In this document: positions 1-9,370 of the stretch, one piece after another
How positions within the stretch are numbered: the stretch's first letter is position 1
Layout of the letters: the number at the start of each line of letters is the position of its first letter
Assembly (NCBI GenBank): GCA_019313185.1
Contig: JAFDBS010000140.1
Location: forward strand, 377-64,376
Length of the DNA stretch: 64,000 nucleotides
Reading direction: 5' to 3'
DNA from: Deltaproteobacteria bacterium
GTDB taxonomy: Bacteria; Desulfobacterota; Desulfuromonadia; Desulfuromonadales; BM103
The notes under the pieces: model-generated
Seen by the model: only the letters and a program-made list of their open reading frames with translations
Told to the model about the DNA's origin: nothing
Database searches by the model: none
Position numbers and translations under genes: made by a program

Positions 1-1
1 C

Positions 2-166
2 GACTTGAGCGCCTTGGGAGGCCTGTTTCTCGAGGCCAAGGACACACTGCTCAATGTTGGACTTCCCCAAGCGCCTTCAGGCATCGATACGACAGGTTCT
101 GGAGCGGCCAAGTCGCTGGCAAGAGGCTTGGGAATCGGCAGCCTAAAAAAAATGACCAGAAGGTGA
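2..166 (+). CDS. C-terminal fragment of an encapsulin cargo protein (5' end outside window) ending in a cargo-loading peptide
   Basis: Frame 2 is open from the window edge to TGA at 164-166. The translation ...TGSGAAKSLARGLGIGSLKKMTRR carries an LGIGSLK motif like family 1 encapsulin targeting peptides. It lies 35 nt upstream of the shell gene. Cargo type (ferritin-like, DyP, etc.) cannot be told from 54 aa. Confidence 0.6.
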   Translation, partial: DLSALGGLFLEAKDTLLNVGLPQAPSGIDTTGSGAAKSLARGLGIGSLKKMTRR

Positions 167-201
167 TTTTAAAAAACGCGATTGATACATAAGGTGAGAC
201 T

Positions 202-1020
202 ATGGATATTTTGAAAAGAGAGTTGGCTCCTATCCCCTCAGAAGCATGGGCCGAAATTGACCAGCAAGGAACGCGCACTTTGACAGCGATGCTGTCTGCA
301 CGCAAAGTCGTCGATGTCAACGGTCCTATGGGGACGGATTTTCCAGGGGTACCAGAAGGGCGTCTTGATTATCTGAAAACCCAGCCTGACAGTGGCTTGT
401 CATGCGGGATACACAAGGTGCACCATCTTGTCGAAACCCGGATCCCCTTTGAGCTGAATATTCGCGAAATGGATAACGTTGTTCGTGGTGCCAAAGACGT
501 GGACCTGGACAATTTGGAAGATGCGGCCCGAAAAATTGCCCTGTTTGAAGAGAAAGTCGTCTATCACGGGCTACAGGAGGCAAACATCAAGGGGTTGAAA
601 GTTTGTGAGGGAGATCAATGCCTGACGATAAGTTCCAACCCTGAAAAACTTCTTGAAGCGGTTGCCCAAGGGGTAACGCACTTTACCGAGCGCTCGATTG
701 AAGGCCCTTATGCATTTGTGGTCGGCCCGAGCCTTTGGAGCTGCATGTCTGCCCACGTCCAGGGCTACCCGGTTAAAATGCAAGCTGAGAACATCTTGGG
801 GGGCAACGTGGTCCTGAGCCCCTATCTCAGCGGGAAATTTTCAGGGGAGGCCTTTATCCTGTCCATGAGAGGTGGCGATTTTGAACTGATTATCGGACAA
901 GATTTGTCGGTCGGTTATGAAACTCATGATTCTCAAAATGTCAGGCTATATTTTACCGAGTCATTTACCTTTAGGATTTTGGAACCCTCTGCAGTGATCC
1001 CGTATGTTGCAGAAAAATGA
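202..1020 (+). CDS. Family 1 encapsulin shell protein (linocin M18-like, HK97 fold)
   Basis: 272 aa. MDILKRELAPIPSEAWAEID..., ...GGDFELIIGQDLSVGYE... and ...RLYFTESFTFRILEP align along the whole length with the Thermotoga maritima encapsulin as I remember it. AAGGTGAG lies upstream of the ATG. Confidence 0.93.
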   Translation: MDILKRELAPIPSEAWAEIDQQGTRTLTAMLSARKVVDVNGPMGTDFPGVPEGRLDYLKTQPDSGLSCGIHKVHHLVETRIPFELNIREMDNVVRGAKDVDLDNLEDAARKIALFEEKVVYHGLQEANIKGLKVCEGDQCLTISSNPEKLLEAVAQGVTHFTERSIEGPYAFVVGPSLWSCMSAHVQGYPVKMQAENILGGNVVLSPYLSGKFSGEAFILSMRGGDFELIIGQDLSVGYETHDSQNVRLYFTESFTFRILEPSAVIPYVAEK

Positions 1021-1058
1021 ATTAATTCAGGCGCTTAAAAGCAATATGATTCAATCGG

Positions 1059-1092
1059 GTGTCGGCCGCAAGCCGAGGAGTAAGGCCGACAC
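1059..1092 (+). terminator. Stem-loop after the encapsulin gene, possible terminator lacking a U-tract
   Basis: GTGTCGGCC (1059-1067) pairs with GGCCGACAC (1084-1092) around a 16-nt loop, 39 nt after the stop codon. No T-run follows. Confidence 0.3.
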
Positions 1093-1381
1093 CCTTGGCC
1101 TGAATGAGGCGGATTATTTCATACCCACTCGCTTTGGTCGCAATTGTGAACTTCGGCAAGGTTCTGACAAACCAGCATCGTCCCCATAACGTTTGCCCTT
1201 CACCCCAAAATCGCGCAGGAAAAGCCGTCAAAGCCGTCAAATAAATTGTGTAAAAGTTTCCCCAACCCACCAGGGCAAAGGTCTTCTGTGCCAAGAATCC
1301 CGGGCGTTCGTTGATTGTTTTTAGTTAGAATGATACTTGCCGAGTTGGGAAACAATGCTTAAATGAAAGCAGGAGCGATCT

Positions 1382-2200
1382 ATGCGTTTATTGTTGTATA
1401 ACATACGCTATGCGACCGGCCCAAAAGTTCACCACTATATGCGTCCCTCGCATAAACACCTGTCCCGAATCGCGGCATTTATCGGTCAGCTTGAGCCTGA
1501 CATTGTTGGATTGATCGAAGTCGATCAGGGTTCGTATCGCACCGGCGGCCAAAATCAGGTCGAACTTCTGGCCGCAGCGCTCGGACACTACCATTCCCAT
1601 TCGGTAAAATATGGGCTGAAGTCTTTCTGGCGGCATGTGCCGATTATCAAAATGCAGGCCAATGCATTTTTAGCGCGCGATCGAATCCGCAACGAAACTT
1701 TTCATTATTTTGACAAGGGCATGAAAAGATTGGTGATTGAATTGGAGTTGGATCATGTGGTTTTTTATTTGGTCCACTTGGCCCTCGGGGCCCGAGCGAG
1801 ACATTCTCAATTAAATGCTCTGTATAACCTGGTAAAGAACACCCAAAAACCATTTGTGGTCGCTGGGGACTTCAATACACTTTGGGGGGAACGGGAGATA
1901 GACCTGTTTTTAGCGGCGACCGGATTGCAGAACGCTAACGCCGGTTGGTTACCAACCTACCCGAGCAAAAACCCAAACCGGCATCTCGATTTTGTTCTTT
2001 ACAGTCAGGGGATCCAAGTCCGGGATTGTCAGGTCCCAAACACAACTCTCTCCGACCATCTCCCAGTGCTGGTTGACTTGGATGTCGCGGTTGACCATGA
2101 ACAACGCCATGCACCCAGGCCGCCACACTGTTCTTGTCTCAAATATTTGCGATTGGGAGACGGCATCCATCTCGACAACCGTGCCCATGCGCTGCAATAA
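1382..2200 (+). CDS. Endonuclease/exonuclease/phosphatase (EEP) family protein
   Basis: 272 aa. The N-terminal LLLYNIRY...PDIVGLIEVD, the central VVAGDFN and the C-terminal LSDHLPVLVDL are the EEP-fold catalytic motifs. AGGAGCG lies before the ATG. Confidence 0.8.
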   Translation: MRLLLYNIRYATGPKVHHYMRPSHKHLSRIAAFIGQLEPDIVGLIEVDQGSYRTGGQNQVELLAAALGHYHSHSVKYGLKSFWRHVPIIKMQANAFLARDRIRNETFHYFDKGMKRLVIELELDHVVFYLVHLALGARARHSQLNALYNLVKNTQKPFVVAGDFNTLWGEREIDLFLAATGLQNANAGWLPTYPSKNPNRHLDFVLYSQGIQVRDCQVPNTTLSDHLPVLVDLDVAVDHEQRHAPRPPHCSCLKYLRLGDGIHLDNRAHALQ

Positions 2201-2449
2201 ACTGACTGGTTATCCAAGGATTGACTGCTGACAACTTTTCTTGATGGCCTCTTGCCGGAGACCTTCATCTGAAGACGCGCTCAATTCCCAGGCTTTATTT
2301 GCGGCCTGGAGGCTTAAGACGTGCTGTTGCTGACCGGCTTTAAGTGGAGATAAAAAAATCTCAAAGCTGCAAAGGGTCCCAAGCGCAGGTTTGAATCGCG
2401 CAAATTCCGTGGCGACACACTGACTCTAGAAAAAGTTGAAAAAAACCGT

Positions 2450-4411
2450 TTAATCGGCTGCCGTGTCTGTGGTGCCCGCACTGTTGGTTGAGGCTTGCCT
2501 GTTTTTTTGTGCAGTCACTCGGCATGCTGCGTTGGGGGTCTTGAGTTGGTAGGAATCAAAAAAACTTTCGAGTTGTTTTCGGTCAAGCGTCTCATCTGTC
2601 AGCAGTTTTTTAGCGAGTGCGGAGAGGACGTCCCGGTTTTGCTTGACAATTTCCGTCGCACAATCTTGGGCGGCGAGTGCGATATTTTTGATTTCCTGGT
2701 CAATGATCCACGCGGTCCTGTCACTGAAGGTTTTTTCGGTTGCCAGGCGACGTCCGAGGAACGGATGCTCTTCACCCCGCGGATAGCTCAGCGGGCCCAG
2801 ACGCTCGCTCATCCCCCACTGGCATACCATCCTTTCGGCAAGCTCCATGACTTGTTTCAAGTCGTTTTGGGCTCCTGACGAGAACTCTTCGAAAAACTCC
2901 AACTCTGCGGCACGGCCGCCGAGCATCACGGCCATTCTGCTAAGCAGATAACTGCGCCGAAAATGGTATCGGTCGTCTTCCGGGAGTTGCTGTGTCATGC
3001 CAAGTGCTTGCCCGCGAGGGATGATGGTTATCTTGTGAACCGGGTCAGTGTTCGGCAGACAGCAGGCAACCAGGGCATGGCCGGACTCATGTATGGCTGT
3101 ACTCCATGTTTCTTCTTCAGACATCAAGAGCTTTCTCTCCATACCCATCAATTGCCGGTCTTTGGCACGTTCGAAATGAATCATCGAAACTTTTTCAGCA
3201 TCGTCGCGGGCCGCAATCAAAGCCGCTTCATTGACAATCCCCTGTAAATCGGCACCAACCATCCCTGGAGTCCCTTTGGCAATATATTCGAGATCGACAT
3301 CATCGCTTAGAGGCATCTCTTTGGTGTGAACCTCGAGAATTTTAAGCCGATCCCGCCAGTCCGGCCGTTCGATGATCACCATGCGGTCAAAACGGCCAGG
3401 TCTGAGTAATGCCGTGTCAAGGACGTCGGGTCTATTTGTGGCGGCAAGGACAATGACCTCATCATGCGGAGTAAAACCGTCCAACTCGGAAAGCAGCTGG
3501 TTAAGCGTCTGTTCTCTTTCGTCGTGCCCCCCGCCCAGTCCAGTGCCCCGGGCACGTCCGACAGCGTCGAGTTCGTCGACAAAAATTATGCTAGGCGCAT
3601 TTTTCTTTGCACCGTTAAAAAGATCCCGGACACGACTGGCTCCAACCCCGACAAACATTTCGATAAATTGCGAGGCTGAAATGCTAAAAAACGGGACGTT
3701 GGCTTCCCCAGCTACAGCACGTGCCATCAAGGTTTTGCCTGTTCCGGGTGGCCCGGCCAAGAGAACGCCTCTTGGGACTTTGCCGCCGAGGCGGGCAAAC
3801 TTTTCAGGAGATTTTAGGTACGCGATGATCTCCTGCAACTCCTGCTTGGCTTCCAGAAGTCCCGCTACATTTTCAAAGGTAATTACCGCCCCCTTATGCA
3901 TATAGAGCTGTGCGCCTGATTTGCTGAACCGGTTTAAGAAGTTGCCTCCCATTCCCCCCTGCTGTCGCATGCGGTTGATAATATACCACCAGACTCCAAT
4001 GATGATGACCCACGGCAAAAGGTTAATGACAATCGTGAGCCAAAGCGATGAACCTTCTGGAGGTTTGGCCACAAGACTGACATTTTGTTTTTCAAGGGTC
4101 GACAGGAGGTCCGGATCGTCCACAGGCGGCAAAACCGTGTGAAAACGAAGAAAGCTTCTCTCCCCTTCAAAGCCGCCAGTCACAACTTGATCGGCCGTCA
4201 AACTGATTTTTTCAATAAAATAACCGCTGAGTTCAGAGTCCTGCATCGTTACCGCGGCAACCATGCCGTTTTTTAGTTGCTGTTTGAAAAAAGAGTATGA
4301 CACCTCTGCTGACGGTTCAGGCGCCTGTGGCGAGAAAAGATAAACGTAAACAATATTGAGCCCGACCAGGAGGGCCATCAAGATAAGTACTCTTTGCCAA
4401 TGATCTTTCAT
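2450..4411 (-). CDS. ftsH: ATP-dependent zinc metalloprotease FtsH
   Basis: Walker A GPPGTGKT, the AAA second region of homology, the HESGHAL zinc site and an N-terminal TM segment. The ORF-track start at 4480 is TTG. The ATG at 4411 (MKDHWQRV...) is the more likely start. Confidence 0.95.
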   Translation of the reverse strand: MKDHWQRVLILMALLVGLNIVYVYLFSPQAPEPSAEVSYSFFKQQLKNGMVAAVTMQDSELSGYFIEKISLTADQVVTGGFEGERSFLRFHTVLPPVDDPDLLSTLEKQNVSLVAKPPEGSSLWLTIVINLLPWVIIIGVWWYIINRMRQQGGMGGNFLNRFSKSGAQLYMHKGAVITFENVAGLLEAKQELQEIIAYLKSPEKFARLGGKVPRGVLLAGPPGTGKTLMARAVAGEANVPFFSISASQFIEMFVGVGASRVRDLFNGAKKNAPSIIFVDELDAVGRARGTGLGGGHDEREQTLNQLLSELDGFTPHDEVIVLAATNRPDVLDTALLRPGRFDRMVIIERPDWRDRLKILEVHTKEMPLSDDVDLEYIAKGTPGMVGADLQGIVNEAALIAARDDAEKVSMIHFERAKDRQLMGMERKLLMSEEETWSTAIHESGHALVACCLPNTDPVHKITIIPRGQALGMTQQLPEDDRYHFRRSYLLSRMAVMLGGRAAELEFFEEFSSGAQNDLKQVMELAERMVCQWGMSERLGPLSYPRGEEHPFLGRRLATEKTFSDRTAWIIDQEIKNIALAAQDCATEIVKQNRDVLSALAKKLLTDETLDRKQLESFFDSYQLKTPNAACRVTAQKNRQASTNSAGTTDTAAD

Positions 4412-4971
4412 AGGACTGTCGAGCCAGCTCTGGTGATGAAATGGGTGACAACATATGCTTAATATTTTATAGCGTAACAAAAATAACGATTTCTGCGCCG
4501 CGAATTATGAAGTTTATCGAAGTGGATAGCGCTTTTCATGGCGAATCACCATCCAGGGCCAGCCGTTAAAGAGTTCAGCGGATCACGGCGTATGTCGCTG
4601 AGCTGAATTCACTCGGATGGAGAGGGGTTAACAATACAACGGCCACACGGTTTCTTAAATCAAATAACTGAATTCAATACAGGGACTTGAAGCTGCATAT
4701 GCGTGGTTTTGCAAATTGCTCCAAATGCCAATTTTTTTGGCTAATAAGGAATGGGATCATTCTCCGGTTGAAAAGGTCGTATTGACATAGTTGTCTATTA
4801 TGGCGCTAACTTTTTCAGTTTTGACTTACAGGACTCAGCATATTCGTATAAGATGATATCTCGGTGTTTAGGTTTGATAAACATGAAATCTTTAATTGAA
4901 CTGCTATACTTGTTCACTGTAAAATTAAGCTGACAACTTATCTTTACGATCAATACCCCTTGGAGATGTCA

Positions 4972-5622
4972 ATGAAAAAACTGCTGTGTCTTTCTTTAAT
5001 TCTTCTATTCGTGGCCGCTTGCGCCCCTCCGCAGAACAAACAAGAACAGGGTACCCGGGTTGGTGTTGGTGTTGGGGCGGCCGGTGGTGCTCTACTGGGC
5101 CAGGCCATTGGCGGCAATACCAAGGCGACCTTAATTGGCGCTGCTGCGGGGGCCTTAGTGGGTGGCTTTGCCGGCAATCAAATCGGAAAATACATGGATG
5201 CCCAGGAGGCTGCTATGCGACAGGAACTCGCAGCGGTTGAAGCAGCAAACATCCAACGCAATGCTGACGTGTTGGCCGTCACCTTCAAGTCCGACTTTCT
5301 CTTTGATGTCGATTCTGCGAATCTCAAGCCCGGCGCATATGATGAAATCGGTCGAGTCAGCCGTGTCCTCAATCAATATCCGGAAACCAATATCCAGGTA
5401 GCCGGCCATACCGACAGTACCGGTTCTGAAACTTACAACCAGCAACTTTCAGAACGACGCGCTGCCAACGTTGAAAATGCATTGATTGGCCAGGGGGTTG
5501 CCCCAAACCGAATCAGTACGATTGGGTTTGGCGAGGCCGCGCCCATTGCTGACAATAATTCAGAGGCTGGGCGGCAACTGAACCGGCGGGTTGTCATTAC
5601 GATCAAACCCCAAGCATCCTAA
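4972..5622 (+). CDS. OmpA-family lipoprotein (Gly-zipper N-region plus OmpA_C peptidoglycan-binding domain)
   Basis: MKKLLCLSLILLFVAAC is a lipobox signal. It is followed by GVGVGAAGGALLGQAIGG glycine-zipper repeats and a C-terminal NIQVAGHTDSTGS...NRRV OmpA-like motif. GGAG lies 6 nt before the ATG at 4972. Confidence 0.85.
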   Translation: MKKLLCLSLILLFVAACAPPQNKQEQGTRVGVGVGAAGGALLGQAIGGNTKATLIGAAAGALVGGFAGNQIGKYMDAQEAAMRQELAAVEAANIQRNADVLAVTFKSDFLFDVDSANLKPGAYDEIGRVSRVLNQYPETNIQVAGHTDSTGSETYNQQLSERRAANVENALIGQGVAPNRISTIGFGEAAPIADNNSEAGRQLNRRVVITIKPQAS

Positions 5623-5652
5623 CCCTTCAATTCAATCCCAAAGGAGAGACCT

Positions 5653-6108
5653 ATGCACTTGCAAAAATTTTTGTTGGCTCTGATTGTGGTGGCAATTTCG
5701 ACGTCAGTGTTTGCCGATGATACAGCTGAATTGCGTAAAAAAATCATGATGGATCAAAAAAAACTGATCATCATGGACAATATGGAGTTTACAGAGGAAG
5801 AAGCACAAGCTTTCTGGCCAGTTTTTGATAAGCACCAGGAAAGTTTGTTTCAAGTCAACCAGCGTGGCGCCAAGCTAATCTTGGCTTACGCTTCGGTCTA
5901 CCAAAGTATGACTGATGAACAAGCGACACAATTGATTGATGAATATTTTGACATTCAGGACGATCGCTTGATGGTGATGAAAAAAATGATGCTTGATGTG
6001 GAAAAGGTCTTGCCGGGCAAAAAGGCCTTTCGATACATGCAGATCGAAGCAAAGCTTGCGGCAATAGGGCGCTACGAATTGGCCAAGGAAATCCCCTTGG
6101 CGCAATAG
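5653..6108 (+). CDS. Hypothetical secreted/periplasmic protein
   Basis: 151 aa. The signal peptide MHLQKFLLALIVVAISTSVFA is followed by a helical, charged body. AAGGAGAG SD. No family recognised with confidence. Confidence 0.6.
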   Translation: MHLQKFLLALIVVAISTSVFADDTAELRKKIMMDQKKLIIMDNMEFTEEEAQAFWPVFDKHQESLFQVNQRGAKLILAYASVYQSMTDEQATQLIDEYFDIQDDRLMVMKKMMLDVEKVLPGKKAFRYMQIEAKLAAIGRYELAKEIPLAQ

Positions 6109-6137
6109 GACGTCTCCTTTCATCCGAGAGATGGCAA

Positions 6138-6173
6138 GGCCAGAAGCTTGTGGCATCGCGCAAGCTTCTGGCC
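6138..6173 (+). terminator. Perfect 13-bp stem-loop downstream of 5653-6108
   Basis: GGCCAGAAGCTTG (6138-6150), a 10-nt loop, then CAAGCTTCTGGCC (6161-6173), 30 nt after the stop. No U-tract, so terminator function is inferred only. Confidence 0.35.
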
Positions 6174-6524
6174 ATCCATAACCATCTGCAACAAGTGAAA
6201 CTCCGCTTTTCAAGTCACTGAGACACAATTGTCGTCACACCTTAGCAAAAGGATGGGTACGTTAGTATCGTCCACTTCGTGTTGCTGAAAAATTCCGGAG
6301 CACCTTGCTCGCCGAGAATGCTTACCCCTGACCGCGGTTGCCAACAAAACGGTTCTTCAAGAGAGAAAACGTTTCTGCGCCAGCCATGAAAAATCACTTG
6401 GGTGTGGAGACAAAGAACTGGCCTACTGAGAAGATATAAGATTTAAAGCCAGTTGAGTGCCGGGTCGACAAGTTGACACCGGGTCAGAAAGAGTTGCCAC
6501 AACAGAAGTCAGTCGGAAAACTTT

Positions 6525-6561
6525 AAAAAAACCGCCTAGCGTTTGGCAAGGCGGTTTTTTT
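6525..6561 (-). terminator. Intrinsic terminator of the small-protein operon (bidirectional shape)
   Basis: On the minus strand ACCGCCT...AGGCGGT is followed by TTTTTTT, 22 nt after the stop of the 6583-6729 gene. A T-run is also present on the plus side. Confidence 0.6.
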
Positions 6562-6582
6562 AAACAGCATGCATTGGACAAA

Positions 6583-6729
6583 TTAATTGAAAAGTTTGGA
6601 GCCGAGATAAGCCAAGGCCGGCCATGCGATGAGTACGGCTGATACGAATGCAAACACACCTAAAACAGTCATGATGGCAACGGTGTAACTGGCTTTTGCG
6701 ACACTGATGATATTGGCGGCGGTTTTCAT
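6583..6729 (-). CDS. Small (48 aa) single-pass membrane protein, paralogue 1
   Basis: Absent from the ORF track (<60 aa). ATG at 6729, TAA at 6583-6585, SD AAAGGAGAcagacc. Translation: MKTAANIISVAKASYTVAIMTVLGVFAFVSAVLIAWPALAYLGSKLFN. Confidence 0.6.
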   Translation of the reverse strand: MKTAANIISVAKASYTVAIMTVLGVFAFVSAVLIAWPALAYLGSKLFN

Positions 6730-6780
6730 GGTCTGTCTCCTTTGTCTCGTTAGGTCATTCCGTTCAGGGCTGGTTTCAAG

Positions 6781-6927
6781 TTAGCCAAAAAGCTTGGAAG
6801 CGATATAAGCCAAGGCCGGCCACGCAATCAGGACCGCTGAAATGAATGCGAATACACCGAGCATGGCAATAACCAGAACCAGATAGCTACTTTTCACGAT
6901 GTCGACTATGCGGCTTTGAGTTTTCAT
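6781..6927 (-). CDS. Small (48 aa) single-pass membrane protein, paralogue 2
   Basis: Absent from the ORF track. ATG at 6927, TAA at 6781-6783, SD AAAGGAGGtcgcc. Translation: MKTQSRIVDIVKSSYLVLVIAMLGVFAFISAVLIAWPALAYIASKLFG. By my alignment 30 of 48 residues are identical to the neighbour. Confidence 0.6.
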   Translation of the reverse strand: MKTQSRIVDIVKSSYLVLVIAMLGVFAFISAVLIAWPALAYIASKLFG

Positions 6928-7330
6928 GGCGACCTCCTTTGGTGCGCGTTTATGAACAATTATTAATTATCTTTGATTAAATAAATACCATTAAAAATAT
7001 TTAATGTCAAGCATAAATATGAAAAAAATTTAATTTTTTATTTTTTGCGTAACATTTTGTAATCGCATTATATTTTCTAATATTAAAAAAAAATAATGCA
7101 ATAATTTGCTCTCTTTCTTATTAAAAATAAATTTCAAGTTTGAGGTTTATGATGGGATTTCAAGGGATATCGCCACGGTAAGAGGTTCTGATTCGCACAT
7201 AGAAAGGATGTCGCCAAAGTATCTTTGCCCGTCCGACGCTGCGTATTTGGCTTCTGAAAGAGTATGATGTCACTCGACGTTGCAGAAGAGGTGGAATTTA
7301 ATTGGCCACAATATCGAAGGGGCATAAATT

Positions 7331-7361
7331 TGATACAATATAACCAATTAGAATGATTGGT
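7331..7361 (+). promoter_or_regulatory. Possible extended -10 promoter plus operator palindrome upstream of the beta-oxidation operon
   Basis: TGaTACAAT at 7331-7339 is followed by ACCAAT-N7-ATTGGT (7343-7361), about 160 nt upstream of the acyl-CoA dehydrogenase start. Motif-level evidence only. Confidence 0.3.
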
Positions 7362-7516
7362 CGAGTTGGCGGAACTGGCGCAATTGAACACACCACGACG
7401 TTGCATCAATGAATCACCGTTGGAAAAACCAAAATACCACGAAAGTCGTCAATGGTAGCCAGCACCTGGTAAGGATGAATAGAGCGTTCAAACTGAACTA
7501 ACGAACGGATAACACA

Positions 7517-9370
7517 ATGGGCACTCAAAACCGCGATGAGAAAAGGGCTCTGGAGACAGCTGAAACGGCGCGTGAAACCAAATGGGAATTTCCCAGCTTT
7601 GTCAGCGAAATGTTTATGGGACGCGTCAAAACGGAACTTATTTTCCCGTTTCCTGAGCAGAATGCTGTTGACCGTCAGGCTGGGGAGGAAATCCTTGCCA
7701 AGCTTCAAACGTTCTTGCGAGACAAAGTTGATGCGGACCGGATAGACATGGAGCGGGACATTCCAAAGGAAGTTCTAGATGGTCTCAAAAAGCTCGGCCT
7801 CTTCGGGATCAAAATCCCTGCCGAATATGGCGGGCTCGGCTTTTCCCAGGTGAATTACAACCGCATTGTGCAAATGGTGGCAAGCCATTGTGCCTCAACG
7901 GCTGTTTTGCTTTCTGCTCATCAGAGCATCGGAGTCCCTCAACCGCTCAAAATGTTTGGAACAGAGGCACAAAAAAAGAAATACCTTCCCCGACTGGCCA
8001 AAGGCGAGATCAGCGCCTTTGCCTTGACCGAGCCAGATGTTGGCTCAGACCCATCAAAGATGACGACGATAGCAACTTCGGATGATGGCGGAGACACTTT
8101 TTTGATTTCGGGAAAAAAACTCTGGATCAGCAACGGACCAATGGCTGATTTGATGATCGTCATGGCCCGCACCAATTCGCCGACTGAAGATCGGCCGGAA
8201 ATCACTGCATTTATAGTTGAAGGCAACGCGGCAGGATTAACTGTCGAACATCGATGTGACTTCATGGGATTGAAGGGGATTAAGAACGGTTTGCTCAACT
8301 TCGATAAGGTCAAGGTGTCCAAGGATGACATTGTGGAAGGCATAGGTCGTGGGCTGTCATTGGCTTTGCGTACTCTGAACACCGGTCGCCTAACTCTTCC
8401 AGCAGCCTGCGGCGGAGCAATGAAACAGGTTTTGGCGATCACTCGGGAGTGGGCCAATCAGAGAGTACAGTGGGGCGCTCCGGTTGGCCAGCACGAGGCG
8501 GTTGCTTCGAAAATTGCCTCCATGGCAGCAGACCTATATGCGGTCGAGAGCCTAACTTGGTTGACCTCGGCATTGGCTGACCAGGCAAAGACTGATATCC
8601 GCCTTGAAGCGGCTATGGCCAAGCTCTACTGCAGCGAAGCTCTTTGGCGCACTGTCGATGCCGGCGTTCAAGTTCGGGGCGGCCGCGGCTACGAAACAGC
8701 CGATTCTCTGCGGGGCCGCGGGGAGATGCCGATGCCAATGGAACGATTGATGCGAGATGCGCGGATCAACATGATCATTGAAGGAACAAGTGAAATAATG
8801 CGCCTGTTTATTGCCCGGGAAGCGCTTGATCCTCATCTTAGGATTGCCGGAGCTTCGGCAACTTCAGGCAAGGTTGATTACCAGGCTGCCGCTAAATATT
8901 ACGCACGATGGTACCCGCCCCTTTGGCTCCCGGGATTCACCAACAAAGACATTCCCACTCTGGTGGCCAGGCCCCTGAAAAAACATCTCAGATACGTTCA
9001 CCGCGCTACCCGGGCATTGGCAAGGGATTTGTTTCATATGATTGTGCTTCACCAGCAAGGACTGCAAAAACGCCAAATGGTTCTCGGCCGGCTCATTGAT
9101 TGCGGAGCCGAATTGTTTGCGATGATCGCCAGCATTTCAAAAGCGTCAGCCTCGTTGGATGCCGGAGAATGGCAGGTCGCCGACCTGTTCTGCAGACAAG
9201 CAAAACGGCGGATTTGCATTTTGCGTAGATCCGTGTACTGCAATGATGACCGAAAAGCTTCGGATCTTGCTCAGCAGGCCCTTTCCGGCAAAATCGCTTG
9301 GCTTGAAAACAACATTGTCAGCACCTGGAAGACGTGGTCGCCAAATAACGAGGAAGGGGACGGGCAATGA
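7517..9370 (+). CDS. Acyl-CoA dehydrogenase (long, about 600-aa type)
   Basis: 617 aa with acyl-CoA dehydrogenase N, middle and C-terminal domain signatures (e.g. ISAFALTEPDVGSDP, GGRGYE). First gene of the fatty-acid oxidation operon. Confidence 0.9.
   Translation: MGTQNRDEKRALETAETARETKWEFPSFVSEMFMGRVKTELIFPFPEQNAVDRQAGEEILAKLQTFLRDKVDADRIDMERDIPKEVLDGLKKLGLFGIKIPAEYGGLGFSQVNYNRIVQMVASHCASTAVLLSAHQSIGVPQPLKMFGTEAQKKKYLPRLAKGEISAFALTEPDVGSDPSKMTTIATSDDGGDTFLISGKKLWISNGPMADLMIVMARTNSPTEDRPEITAFIVEGNAAGLTVEHRCDFMGLKGIKNGLLNFDKVKVSKDDIVEGIGRGLSLALRTLNTGRLTLPAACGGAMKQVLAITREWANQRVQWGAPVGQHEAVASKIASMAADLYAVESLTWLTSALADQAKTDIRLEAAMAKLYCSEALWRTVDAGVQVRGGRGYETADSLRGRGEMPMPMERLMRDARINMIIEGTSEIMRLFIAREALDPHLRIAGASATSGKVDYQAAAKYYARWYPPLWLPGFTNKDIPTLVARPLKKHLRYVHRATRALARDLFHMIVLHQQGLQKRQMVLGRLIDCGAELFAMIASISKASASLDAGEWQVADLFCRQAKRRICILRRSVYCNDDRKASDLAQQALSGKIAWLENNIVSTWKTWSPNNEEGDGQ

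Noticed and set aside
1004-1294. 61-aa and 90-aa ORFs after the encapsulin gene as a possible second cargo
   Set aside because: They have no SD and no targeting-peptide-like C-terminus, they overlap each other on opposite strands, and neither has a recognisable fold.
7134-7708. Minus-strand ORFs of 91 and 100 aa upstream of and overlapping the acyl-CoA dehydrogenase start, considered as a possible divergent regulator
   Set aside because: They have no helix-turn-helix pattern and no SD. One overlaps the dehydrogenase coding start, and both look like chance frames.
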